Part shown: positions 14,050-26,400 of the stretch, piece after piece | Layout: each line of letters begins with the position of its first letter | How positions within the stretch are numbered: the stretch's first letter is position 1 | Source: Eledone cirrhosa | Taxonomy: Eukaryota | Reading direction: 5' to 3' | Assembly: GCA_964016885.1 (NCBI GenBank) | Contig: OZ024742.1 | Location: 163,990,001 to 164,054,000 of the forward strand | Length of the DNA: 64,000 bases | Program-made: the position numbers and the translations under genes | The notes under the pieces: generated by a model | What the model was told of the DNA's origin: nothing | What the model saw: the letters and a program-made list of their open reading frames with translations, nothing else | Database searches by the model: none

Positions 14050-16500
14050 TTTTACAAATTATCTCCCCCTGATTTTTTTTTACAAATTATTTCCCCCTGA
14101 TTTTTTTACAAATTATCTCCCCCCTGATTTTTTTTACAATCTCCGCCTGATTTTTTTAAAAATTATCTTCCCTTGGCTGGCGGGAAATTATCTCCCCTTG
14201 GACGGCTGGAAATTATATCCCCTTGGAAGGATGGAAATTATCTCCCCTTGGACGGCTGGAAATTATCTCCCCTTGGACGGCTGGAAATTATCTCCCCTTG
14301 GACAGCTGGAAATTATCTGCCCTTGATTTTGTTTTTACAAATTATCTCCCCCTGATTTTTTTTACAAATTATCTCCACCTGATTTTTAAAAAAATTATCT
14401 CCCCTTGGACGGCTGGAAATTATCTCCCCTTGATTTTTTTACAAATTATCTCCCCTTGATTTTTTTTACAAATTATCTCCCCCTGATTTTTTTTTACAAA
14501 TTATCTCCCCCTGATTTTTTTACAAATTATCTCCCCCTGATTTTTTTTACAAATTATCTCCGCCTGATTTTTTTAAATATTATCTTCCCTTGGCTGGCGG
14601 GAAATTATCTCCCCTTGGACGGCTGAAAATTATCTCCCCTTGGACGGCTGGAAATTATCTCCCCTTGATTTTTTTTACAAATTATCTCCCCCTGATTTTT
14701 TTTTACAAATTATCTCCCCCTGATTTTTTTTTACAAATTATCTCCCCCTGATTTTTTTTTACAAATTATCTCACCCTGATTTTTTTTACAAATTATCTCC
14801 CTCTGATTTTTTTACAAATTATCTCCCCTTGGCTGGCTGGAAATTATCTCCCCTTGGAGGCTGGAATTTATCTCCCCTTGGACGGCTAGAAATTACCTCT
14901 CCTTGGACGGCTGGAAAATATGTCTCCTTGGACGGCTGGATATTATCTACCCTTGGACGGCTGGAAATTATCTCCCCTTGGACGGCTGGAAATTATCTCC
15001 CCTTGGACGGCTAGATATTACCTCCCCTTGGACGGCTGGAAATTATCTCCCCTTGATTTTTTTACAAATTATCTCCCCCTGATTTTTTTACAAATTATCT
15101 CCCCCTGATTTTTTTTACAAATTATCTCCGCCTAATTTTTTTAAATATTATCTTCCCTTGGCTGGCGGGAAATTATCTCCCCTTGGACGGCTGAAAATTA
15201 TCTCCCCTTGGACGGCTGGAAATTATCTCCCCTTGATTTTTTTTACAAATTATCTCCCCCTGATTTTTTTTTACAAATTATCTCCCCCTGATTTTTTTTA
15301 CAAATTATCTCCCCCTGATTTTTTTTTACAAATTATTTCCCCCTGATTTTTTTACAAATTATCTCCCCCCTGATTTTTTTTACAATCTCCGCCTGATTTT
15401 TTTAAAAATTATCTTCCCTTGGCTGGCGGGAAATTATCTCCCCTTGGACGGCTGGAAATTATATCCCCTTGGAAGGATGGAAATTATCTCCCCTTGGACG
15501 GCTGGAAATTATCTCCCCTTGGACGGCTGGAAATTATCTCCCCTTGGACAGCTGGAAATTATCTGCCCTTGATTTTGTTTTTACAAATTATCTCCCCCTG
15601 ATTTTTTTTACAAATTATCTCCACCTGATTTTAAAAAAAATTATCTCCCCTTGGACGGCTGGAAATTATCTCCCCTTGATTTTTTTACAAATTATCTCCC
15701 CTTGATTTTTTTTACAAATTATCTCCCCCTGATTTTTTTTTACAAATTATCTCCCCCTGATTTTTTTACAAATTATCTCCCCCTGATTTTTTTTACAAAT
15801 TATCTCCGCCTGATTTTTTTAAATATTATCTTCCCTTGGCTGGCGGGAAATTATCTCCCCTTGGACGGCTGAAAATTATCTCCCCTTGGACGGCTGGAAA
15901 TTATCTCCCCTTGATTTTTTTTACAAATTATCTCCCCCTGATTTTTTTTTACAAATTATCTCCCCCTGATTTTTTTTTACAAATTATCTCCCCCTGATTT
16001 TTTTTTACAAATTATCTCACCCTGATTTTTTTTACAAATTATCTCCCTCTGATTTTTTTACAAATTATCTCCCCTTGGCTGGCTGGAAATTATCTCCCCT
16101 TGGAGGCTGGAATTTATCTCCCCTTGGACGGCTAGAAATTACCTCTCCTTGGACGGCTGGAAAATATGTCTCCTTGGACGGCTGGATATTATCTACCCTT
16201 ATACGGCTGGAAATTATCTCCCCTTGGACGGCTGGAAATTATCTCCCCTTGGACGGCTAGATATTACCTCCCCTTGGACGGCTGGAAATTATCTCCCCTT
16301 GATTTTTTTACAAATTATCTCCCCTGATTTTTTTACAAATTATCTCCCCCTGATTTTTTTTACAAATTATCTCCGCCTAATTTTTTTAAATATTATCTTC
16401 CCTTGGCTGGCGGGAAATTATCTCCCCTTGGACGGCTGAAAATTATCTCCCCTTGGACGGCTGGAAATTATCTCCCCTTGATTTTTTTTACAAATTATCT
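14050..16500. repeat. 1246-bp tandem higher-order duplication
   Basis: ORF starts 14173/15419, 14405/15651 and 14829/16075 are all offset by 1246. Both copies carry GGAAGGATGG, CTCACCCTG and CTCCCTCTG variants. Boundaries are approximate. Confidence 0.85.
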
Positions 16501-19130
16501 CCCCCTGATTTTTTTTTACAAATTATCTCCCCCTGATTTTTTTTACAAATTATCTCCCCCTGATTTTTTTACAAATTATCTCCCCTTGGCTGGCTGGAAA
16601 TTATCTCCCCTTGGAGGCTGGAATTTATCTCCCCTTGGACGGCTAGAAATTACCTCTCCTTGGACGGCTGGAAAATATGTCCTTGGACGGCTGGATATTA
16701 TCTACCCTTGGACGGCTGGAAATTATCTCCCCTTGGACGGCTGGAAATTATCTCCCCTTGGACGGCTAGATATTACCTCCCCTTGGACGGCTGGAAATTA
16801 TCTCCCCTTGAATTTTTTTACAAATTATCTCCCCCTGATTTTTTTTTACAAATTATCTCCCCCTGATTTTTTTTTACAAATTATCTACCCCTGATTTTTT
16901 TTTACAAATTATCTCCCCCTGATTTTTTTTACAAATTATCTCCCCCTGATTTTTTTTTACAAATTATCTCCCCCTGATTTTTTTTTACAAATTATCTACC
17001 CCTGATTTTTTTTACAAATTATCTCCCCCTGATTTTTTTTACAAATTATCTCCCCCTGATTTTTTTTACAAATTATCTCCGCCTAATTTTTTTAAATATT
17101 ATCTTCCCTTGGCTGGCGGGAAATTATCTCCCCTTGGACGGCTGAAAATTATCTCTCCTTGGACGGCTGGAAATTATCTCCCCTTGATTTTTTTTACAAA
17201 TTATCTCCCCCTGATTATTTTTTACAAATTATCTCCCCCTGATTTTTTTTTACAAATTATCTCCCCCTGATTTTTTTTACAAATTATCTCCCCCTGATTT
17301 TTTTACAAATTATCTCCCCTTGGCTGGCTGGAAATTATCTCCCCTTGGAGGCTGGAATTTATCTCCCCTTGGACGGTTAGAAATTACCTCTCCTTGGACG
17401 GCTGGAAAATATGTCTCCTTGGACGGCTGGAAATTATCGCCCCTTGGACGGCTGGAAATTATCTCCCCTTGGACGGCTGGAAATTATCTCTCCTCGGACG
17501 GCTAGAAATTACCTCTCTTTGGACAGCTGAAAATTATCTCCCCTTGGACGGCTGGAAATTATCTCCCCTTGATTTTTTTTACAAATTATCTCCCCCTGAT
17601 TTTTTTTTACAAATTATCTCCCCCTGATTTTTTTTTACAAATTATCTCCCCCTGATTTTTTTACAAATTATCTCCCCTTGGCTGGCTGGAAATTATCTCC
17701 CCTTGGAGGCTGGAATTTATCTCCCCTTGGACGGCTAGAAATTACCTCTCCTTGGACGGCTGGAAAATATGTCTCCTTGGACGGCTGGATATTATCTACC
17801 CTTGGACGGCTGGAAATTATCTCCCCTTGGACGGCTGGAAATTATCTCCCCTTGGACGGCTAGATATTACCTCCCCTTGGACGGCTGGAAATTATCTCCC
17901 CTTGATTTTTTTACAAATTATCTCCCCCTGATTTTTTTACAAATTATCTCCCCCTGATTTTTTTTACAAATTATCTCCGCCTAATTTTTTTAAATATTAT
18001 CTTCCCTTGGCTGGCGGGAAATTATCTCCCCTTGGACGGCTGAAAATTATCTCCCCTTGGACGGCTGGAAATTATCTCCCCTTGATTTTTTTTACAAATT
18101 ATCTCCCCCTGATTTTTTTTTACAAATTATCTCCCCCTGATTTTTTTTACAAATTATCTCCCCCTGATTTTTTTACAAATTATCTCCCCTTGGCTGGCTG
18201 GAAATTATCTCCCCTTGGAGGCTGGAATTTATCTCCCCTTGGACGGCTAGAAATTACCTCTCCTTGGACGGCTGGAAAATATGTCCTTGGACGGCTGGAT
18301 ATTATCTACCCTTGGACGGCTGGAAATTATCTCCCCTTGGACGGCTGGAAATTATCTCCCCTTGGACGGCTAGATATTACCTCCCCTTGGACGGCTGGAA
18401 ATTATCTCCCCTTGATTTTTTTTACAAATTATCTCCCCCTGATTTTTTTTTACAAATTATCTCCCCCTGATTTTTTTTTACAAATTATCTACCCCTGATT
18501 TTTTTTTACAAATTATCTCCCCCTGATTTTTTTTACAAATTATCTCCCCCTGATTTTTTTTTACAAATTATCTCCCCCTGATTTTTTTTTACAAATTATC
18601 TACCCCTGATTTTTTTTACAAATTATCTCCCCCTGATTTTTTTTACAAATTATCTCCCCCTGATTTTGTTTACAAATTATCTCCCCCTGATTTTTTTACA
18701 AATTATCTCCCCCTGATTTTTTTTACAAATTATCTCCGCCTAATTTTTTTAAATATTATCTTCCCTTGGCTGGCGGGAAATTATCTCCCCTTGGACGGCT
18801 GAAAATTATCTCTCCTTGGACGGCTGGAAATTATCTCCCCTTCATTTTTTTTACAAATTATCTCCCCCTGATTATTTTTTACAAATTATCTCCCCCTGAT
18901 TTTTTTTTACAAATTATCTCCCCCTGATTTTTTTTACAAATTATCTCCCCCTGATTTTTTTACAAATTATCTCCCCTTGGCTGGCTGGAAATTATCTCCC
19001 CTTGGAGGCTGGAATTTATCTCCCCTTGGACGGTTAGAAATTACCTCTCCTTGGACGGCTGGAAAATATGTCTCCTTGGACGGCTGGAAATTATCGCCCC
19101 TTGGACGGCTGGAAATTATCTCCCCTTGGA
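16080..19130. repeat. ~1.6-kb tandem higher-order duplication
   Basis: ORF starts 16403/18007 and 16660/18264 (offset 1604) and 17320/18977 (offset 1657, two extra B monomers). The rare variant TTATCGCCCC occurs at ~17434 and ~19091. Boundaries are approximate. Confidence 0.8.
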
Positions 19131-21689
19131 CGGCTGGAAATTATCTCCCCTTGATTTTTTTTACAAATTATCTCCCCCTGATTTTTTTTTACAAATTATC
19201 TCCCCCTGATTTTTTTTTACAAATTATCTCCCCCTGATTTTTTTTTACAAATTATCTCCCCCTGATATTTTTACAAATTATCTCCCCCTGATTTTTTTAC
19301 AAATTATCTCCCCTTGGCTGGCTGGAAATTATCTCCCCTTGGAGGCTGGAATTTATCTCCCCTTAGACGGCTAGAAATTACCTCGCCTTGGACGGCTGGC
19401 AAATATGTCTCCTTGGACGGCTGGAAATTATCTCCCCTTGGACGGCTGGAAATTATCTCCCCTTGGACGGCTGGAAATTATCTCCCCTTGGACGGCTAGA
19501 TATTACCTCCCCTTGGACGGCTGGAAATTATCTCCCCTTGGACGGCTAGATATTACCTCCCCTTGGACGGCTGGAAATTATCTCCCCTTGATTTTTTTTA
19601 CAAATTATCTCCCCCTGATTTTTTTTTACAAATTATCTCCCCCTGATTTTTTTTTACGAATTATCTCCCCCCGATTTTTTTTTACAAATTATCTCCGCCT
19701 GATTTTTTTAAAAAAATTATCTCCCCTTGAACGGCTGGAAATTATCTCCCCTTGGACGGCTGGAAATTATCTCCCCTTGGACGGCTAGAAATTACCTCTC
19801 CTTGGACGGCTGAAAATTATCTCCCCTTGGACGGCTGCAAATTATCTCCCCTTGATTTTTTAACAAATTATCTCCCCCTGATTTTTTTTTACAAATTACC
19901 TCCCCCTGATTTTTTTTTACAAATTATCTCCCCCTGATTTTTTTACAAATTATCTCCCCCTGATTTTTTTTACAATCTCCGCCTGATTTTTTTTAAAATT
20001 ATCTTCCCTTGGCTGGCGGGAAATTATCTCCCCTTGGACGGCTGGAAATTATATCCCCTTGGAAGGATGGAAATTATCTCCCCTTGGACGGCTGGAAATT
20101 ATCTCCCCTTGGACGGCTGGAAATTATCTCCCCTTGGACAGCTGGAAATTATCTGCCCTTGATTTTGTATTTACAAATTATCTCCCCCTGATTTTTTTTA
20201 CAAATTATCTCCACCTGATTTTTTAAAAAATTATCTCCCCTTGGACGGCTGGAAATTATCTCCCCTTGATTTTTTTACAAATTATCTCCCCCTGATTTTT
20301 TTTACAAATTATCTCCCCCTGATTTTTTGTTACAAATTATCTCCCCCTGATTTTTTTACAAATTATCTCCCCCTGATTTTTTTTACAAATTATCTCCGCC
20401 TGATTTTTTTAAATATTATCTTCCCTTGGCTGGCGGGAAATTATCTCCCCTTGGACGGCTGAAAATTATCTCCCCTTGGACGGCTGGAAATTATCTCCCC
20501 TTGATTTTTTTACAAATTATCTCCCCCTGATTTTTTTTTACAAATTATCTCCCCCTGATTTTTTTTACAAATTATCTCCCCCTGATTTTTTTTACAAATT
20601 ATCTCCCCCTGATTTTTTTTTACAAATTATCTCCCCCTGATTTTTTTACAAATTATCTCCCCTTGGCTGGCTGGAAATTATCTCCCCTTGGAGGCTGGAA
20701 TTTATCTCCCCTTGGACGGCTAGAAATTACCTCTCCTTGGACGGCTGGAAAATATGTCTCCTTGGACGGCTGGATATTATCTACCCTTGGACGGCTGGAA
20801 ATTATCTCCCCTTGGACGGCTGGAAATTATCTCCCCTTGGACGGCTAGATATTACCTCCCCTTGGACGGCTGGAAATTATCTCCCCTTGATTTTTTTTAC
20901 AAATTATCTCCCCCTGATTTTTTTTTACGAATTATCTCCCCCTGATTTTTTTTTACAAATTATCTCCGCCTGATTTTTTTTTAAAATTATCTCCCCTTGA
21001 ACGGCTGGAAATTATCTCCCCTTGGACGGCTGGAAATTATCTCCCCTTGGACGGCTAGAAATTACCTCTCCTTGGACGGCTGAAAATTATCTCCCCTTGG
21101 ACGGCTGCAAATTATCTCCCCTTGATTTTTTTAACAAATTATCTCCCCCTGATTTTTTTTTACAAATTATCTCCCCCTGATTTTTTTTTACAAATTATCT
21201 ACGCCTAATTTTTTTTACAAATTATCTCCCCCTGATTTTTTTTACAAATTATCTCCCCCTGATTTTTTTTACAAATTATCTCCCCCTGATTTTTTTTTAC
21301 AAATTATCTCCCCCTGATTTTTTTACAAATTATCTCCCCCCTGATTTTTTTTACAATCTCCGCCTGATTTTTTTAAAAATTATCTTCCCTTGGCTGGCAG
21401 GAAATTATCTCCCCTTGGACGGCTGAAAATTATCTCCCCTTGGACGGCTGAAAATTATCTCCCCTTGGACGGCTGGAAATTATCTGCCCCTGATTTTTTT
21501 TACAAATTATCTCCCCCTGATTTTTTTACAAATTATCTCCCCTTGGCTGGCTGGAAATTATCTCCCCTTGGAGGCTGGAATTTATCTCCCCTTGGACGGC
21601 TAGAAATTACCTCTCCTTGGACGGCTGGAAAATATTTCTCCTTGGACGGCTGGATATTATCTACCCTTGGACGGGTGGAAATTATCTCC

Positions 21690-22840
21690 CCTTGGACGGC
21701 TGGAAATTATCTCCCCTTGGACGGCTAGATATTACCTCCCCTTGGACGGCTGGAAATTATCTCCCCTTGATTTTTTTTACAAATTATCTCCCCCTGATTT
21801 TTTTTACAAATTATCTCCACCTGATTTTTTTACAAATTATCTCCCCCTGATTTTTTTTACAAATTATCTCCGCCTAATTTTTTTAAATATTATCTTCCCT
21901 TGGCTGGCGGGAAATTATCTCCCCTTGGACGGCTGAAAATTATCTCCCCTTGGACGGCTGGAAATTATCTCCCCTTGATTTTTTTTACAAATTATCTCCC
22001 CCTGATTTTTTTTTACAAATTATCTCCCCCTGATTTTTTTTTACAAATTATCTCCCCCTGATTTTTTTTTACAAATTATCTCCCCCTGATTTTTTTTACA
22101 AATTATCTCCCCTTGGCTGGCTGGAAATTATCTCCCCTTGGAGGCTGGAATTTATCTCCCCTTGGACGGCTAGAAATTACCTCTCCTTGGACGGCTGGAA
22201 AATATGTCCTTGGACGGCTGGATATTATCTACCCTTGGACGGCTGGAAATTATCTCCCCTTGGACGGCTGGAAATTATCTCCCCTTGGACGGCTAGATAT
22301 TACCTCCCCTTGGACGGCTGGAAATTATCTCCCCTTGATTTTTTTTACAAATTATCTCCCCCTGATTTTTTTTACAAATTATCTCCACCTGATTTTTTTA
22401 CAAATTATCTCCCCCTGATTTTTTTTACAAATTATCTCCGCCTAATTTTTTTAAATATTATCTTCCCTTGGCTGGCGGGAAATTATCTCCCCTTGGACGG
22501 CTGAAAATTATCTCCCCTTGGACGGCTGGAAATTATCTCCCCTTGATTTTTTTTACAAATTATCTCCCCCTGATTTTTTTTTACAAATTATCTCCCCCTG
22601 ATTTTTTTTTACAAATTATCTCCCCCTGATTTTTTTTTACAAATTATCTCCCCCTGATTTTTTTTACAAATTATCTCCCCTTGGCTGGCTGGAAATTATC
22701 TCCCCTTGGAGGCTGGAATTTATCTCCCCTTGGACGGCTAGAAATTACCTCTCCTTGGACGGCTGGAAAATATGTCCTTGGACGGCTGGATATTATCTAC
22801 CCTTGGACGGCTGGAAATTATCTCCCCTTGGACGGCTGGA
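21690..22840. repeat. 568-bp tandem duplication of the basic module (long A run, B run, short A run, B run)
   Basis: ORF starts 22113/22681 and 22187/22755 and ORF ends 21936/22504 are all offset by 568. Confidence 0.85.
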
Positions 22841-23014
22841 AATTATCTCCCCTTGGAGGCTGGAATTTATCTCCCCTTGGACGGCTAGAAATTACCTCTC
22901 CTTGGACGGCTGGAAAATATGTCCTTGGACGGCTGGATATTACCTCCCCTTGGACGGCTGGAAATTATCTCCCCTTGATTTTTTTTACAAATTATCTCCC
23001 CCTGATTTTTTTTA

Positions 23015-23480
23015 CAAATCTAATGATTTTTTAAAAAAAATTATCTCCCCTTCGCTGGCTGGAAATTATCTCCCCTTCGCTGGCTGGAAATTATCTCCCC
23101 TTGGACGCTGGAAATTATAGCCCCTTGGAGGGCTGGAAATTATCTTCCCTTGGACGGCTGGAAATTATCTCCCCTGGGCTCGAAATTATCTCCCCTTGGA
23201 CGGCTAGAAATTATCTCTCTTTGGACGGCTGGAAATTATCTCCCTTTGATTTTTTTTACAAATTATCTCCCCCTGATTTTTTTTACAAATCTCCCCCTGA
23301 TTTTTTAAAAAAAATTATCTCCCCTTCGCTGGCTGGAAATTATCTCCCCTTGGACACTGGAAATTATAGCCCCTTGGAGGGCTGGAAATTATCTTCCCTT
23401 GGACGGCTGGAAATTATCTCTGCTTGATTTTTTTTACAAATTATCTCCCCGATTTTTTTTTACAAATTATCCCCCCCGAT
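23015..23480. repeat. Diverged-monomer island, copy 1
   Basis: Cluster of variants seen only in the three island copies: ACAAATCTAATGA, TTCGCTGGCTGG, TTGGACGCTGG, AAATTATAGCCCC, a 20-bp truncated unit ending GGCTCG, CTCTGCTTGA. Confidence 0.9.
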
Positions 23481-26400
23481 TTTTTTTACAAATTATCTCC
23501 CCCTGATTTTTTTTACAAATTATCTCCCCTTGGACGGCTGGAAATTATCTCCCCTTGGACGGCTGGAAATTATCTCCCCTTGGACGGCTAGAAATTACCT
23601 CTCCTTGGACGACTGAAAATTATCTCCCCTTGGACGGCTGCAAATTATCTCCCCTTGATTTTTTTTACAAATTATCTCCGCCTGATTTTTTTTTAAAAAT
23701 TATCTCCCCTTGGACGGCTGGAAATTACCTCCCCTTGGACGGCTGGAAATTATCTCCCCTTGGACGGCTAGAAATTACCTCTCATTGGACGGCTGAAAAT
23801 TATCTCCCCTTGGACGGCTGGAAATTATCTCCCCTTGATTTTTTTTACAAATTATCTCCCCCTGATTTTTTTTTACAAATTATCTCCCCCTGATTTTTTT
23901 TTTACAAATTATCTCCGCCTGATTTTTTTTTAAAATTATCTCTCCTTGGACGGCTGGATATTATCTCCCCTTTCATTTTTTTTACAAATTATCTCCCCCT
24001 GATTTTTTTTTACAAATTATCTCCCCCTGATTTTTTTTTACAAATTATCTACCCCTAATTTTTTTTTACAAATTATCTCCCCCTGATTTTTTTTACAAAT
24101 TATCTCCCCCTGATTTTTTTTTTACAAATTATCTCCCCCTGATTTTTTTACAAATTATCTCCCCCTGATTTTTTTTACAAATTATCTCCGCCTGATTTTT
24201 TTAAATATTATCTTCTCTTGGCTGGCGGGAAATTATCTCCCCTTGGACGGCTGAAAATTATCTCCCCTTGGACGGCTGGAAATTATCTCCCCTTGATTTT
24301 TTTTACAAATTATCTCCCCTTTATTTTTTTTTACAAATTATCTCCCCCTGATTTTTTTTTACAAATTATCTACCCCTGATTTTTTTTTACAAATTATCTC
24401 CCCCTGATTTTTTTTACAAATTATCTCTCCCTGATTTTTTTTTACAAATTATCTCCCCCTGATTTTTTTTTACAAATTATCTACCCCTGATTTTTTTTTA
24501 CAAATTATCTCCCCCTGATTTTTTTTACAAATTATCTCCCCCTGATTTTTTTTACAAATTATCTCCCCCTGATTTTTTTACAAATTATCTCCCCCCGATT
24601 TTTTTTACAAATTATCTCCGCCTAATTTTTTTAAATATTATCTTCCCTTGGCTGGCGGGAAATTATCTCCCCTTGGACGGCTGAAAATTATCTCCCCTTG
24701 GACGGCTGGAAATTATCTCCCCTTGATTTTTTTACAAATTATCTCCCCCTGATTATTTTTTACAAATTATCTCCCCCTGATTTTTTTTTACAAATTATCT
24801 CCCTCTGATTTTTTTTACAAATTATCTCCCCTTGGCTGGCTGGAAATTATCTCCCCTTGGAGGCTGGAATTTATCTCCACTTGGACGGTTAGAAATTACC
24901 TCTCCTTGGACTGCTGGAAAATATGTCTCCTTGGACGGCTGGAAATTATCTCCCCTTGGACGGCTGGAAATTATCTCCCCTTGGAGGGCTGGAAATTATC
25001 TCTCCTCGGACGACTAGAAATTACCTCTCCTTGGACAGCTGAAAATTATCTCCCCTTGGACGGCTGGAAATTATCTCCCCTTGATTTTTTTTACAAATTA
25101 TCTCCCCGATTTTTTTTTACAAATTATCTCCCCCTGATTTTTTTTTACAAATTATCTCCCCCTGATTTTTTTTACAAATTATCTCCCCCTGATATTTTTT
25201 ACAAATTATCTCCCCCTGATTTTTTAACAAATTATCTCCCCTTGGCTGGCTGGAAATTATCTCCCCTTGGAGGCTGGAATTTATCTCCCCTTGGACGGCT
25301 AGAAATTACCTCGCCTTGGACGGCTGGAAAATATGTCTCCTTGGACGGCTGGAAATTATCTCCCCTTGGACGGCTGGAAATTATCTCCCCTTGGACGGCT
25401 GGAAATTATCTCCCTTTGGACGGCTAGATATTACCTCCCCTTGGACGGCTGGAAATTATCTCCCCTTGATTTTTTTTACAAATTATCTCCCCCTGATTTT
25501 TTTTTACAAATTATCTCCCCCTGATTTTTTTTTACGAATTATCTCCCCCTGATTTTTTTTTACAAATTATCTCCGCCTGATTTTTTTTTTAAAATTATCT
25601 CCCCTTGAACGGCTGGAAATTATCTCCCCTTGGACGGCTGGAAATTATCTCCCCTTGGACGGCTAGAAATTACCTCTCCTTGGACGGCTGAAAATTATCT
25701 CCCCTTGGACGGCTGCAAATTATCTCCCCTTGATTTTTTAACAAATTATCTCCCCCTGATTTTTTTTTACAAATTATCTCCCCCTGATTTTTTTTTACAA
25801 ATTATCTACGCCTAATTTTTTTTACAAATTATCTCCCCCTGATTTTTTTTTACAAATTATCTCCCCCTGATTTTTTTTACAAATTATCTCCCCCTGATTT
25901 TTTTTTACAAATTATTTCCCCCTGATTTTTTTACAAATTATCTCCCCCCTGATTTTTTTTACAATCTCCGCCTGATTTTTTTAAAAATTATCTTGCCTTG
26001 GCTGGCGGGAAATTATCTCCCCTTGGACGGCTGGAAATTATATCCCCTTGGACGGCTGGAAATTACCTCCCCTTGGACAGCTGGAAATTATCTGCCCTTG
26101 ATTTTGTTTTTACAAATTATCTCCCCCTAATTTTTTTTACAAATTATCTCCACCTGATTTTTTAAAAAATTATCTCCCCTTGGACGGCTGGAAATTATCT
26201 CCCCTTGATTTTTTTTACAAATTATCTCCCCCTGATTTTTTTTTACAAATTATCTCCCCCTGATTTTTTTTTACAAATTATCTCCCCCTGATTTTTTTTT
26301 ACAAATTATCTGCCCCTGATTTTTTTTACAAATTATCTCCCCCTGATTTTTTTACAAATTATCTCCCCTTGGCTGGCTGGAAATTATCTCCCCTTGGAGG

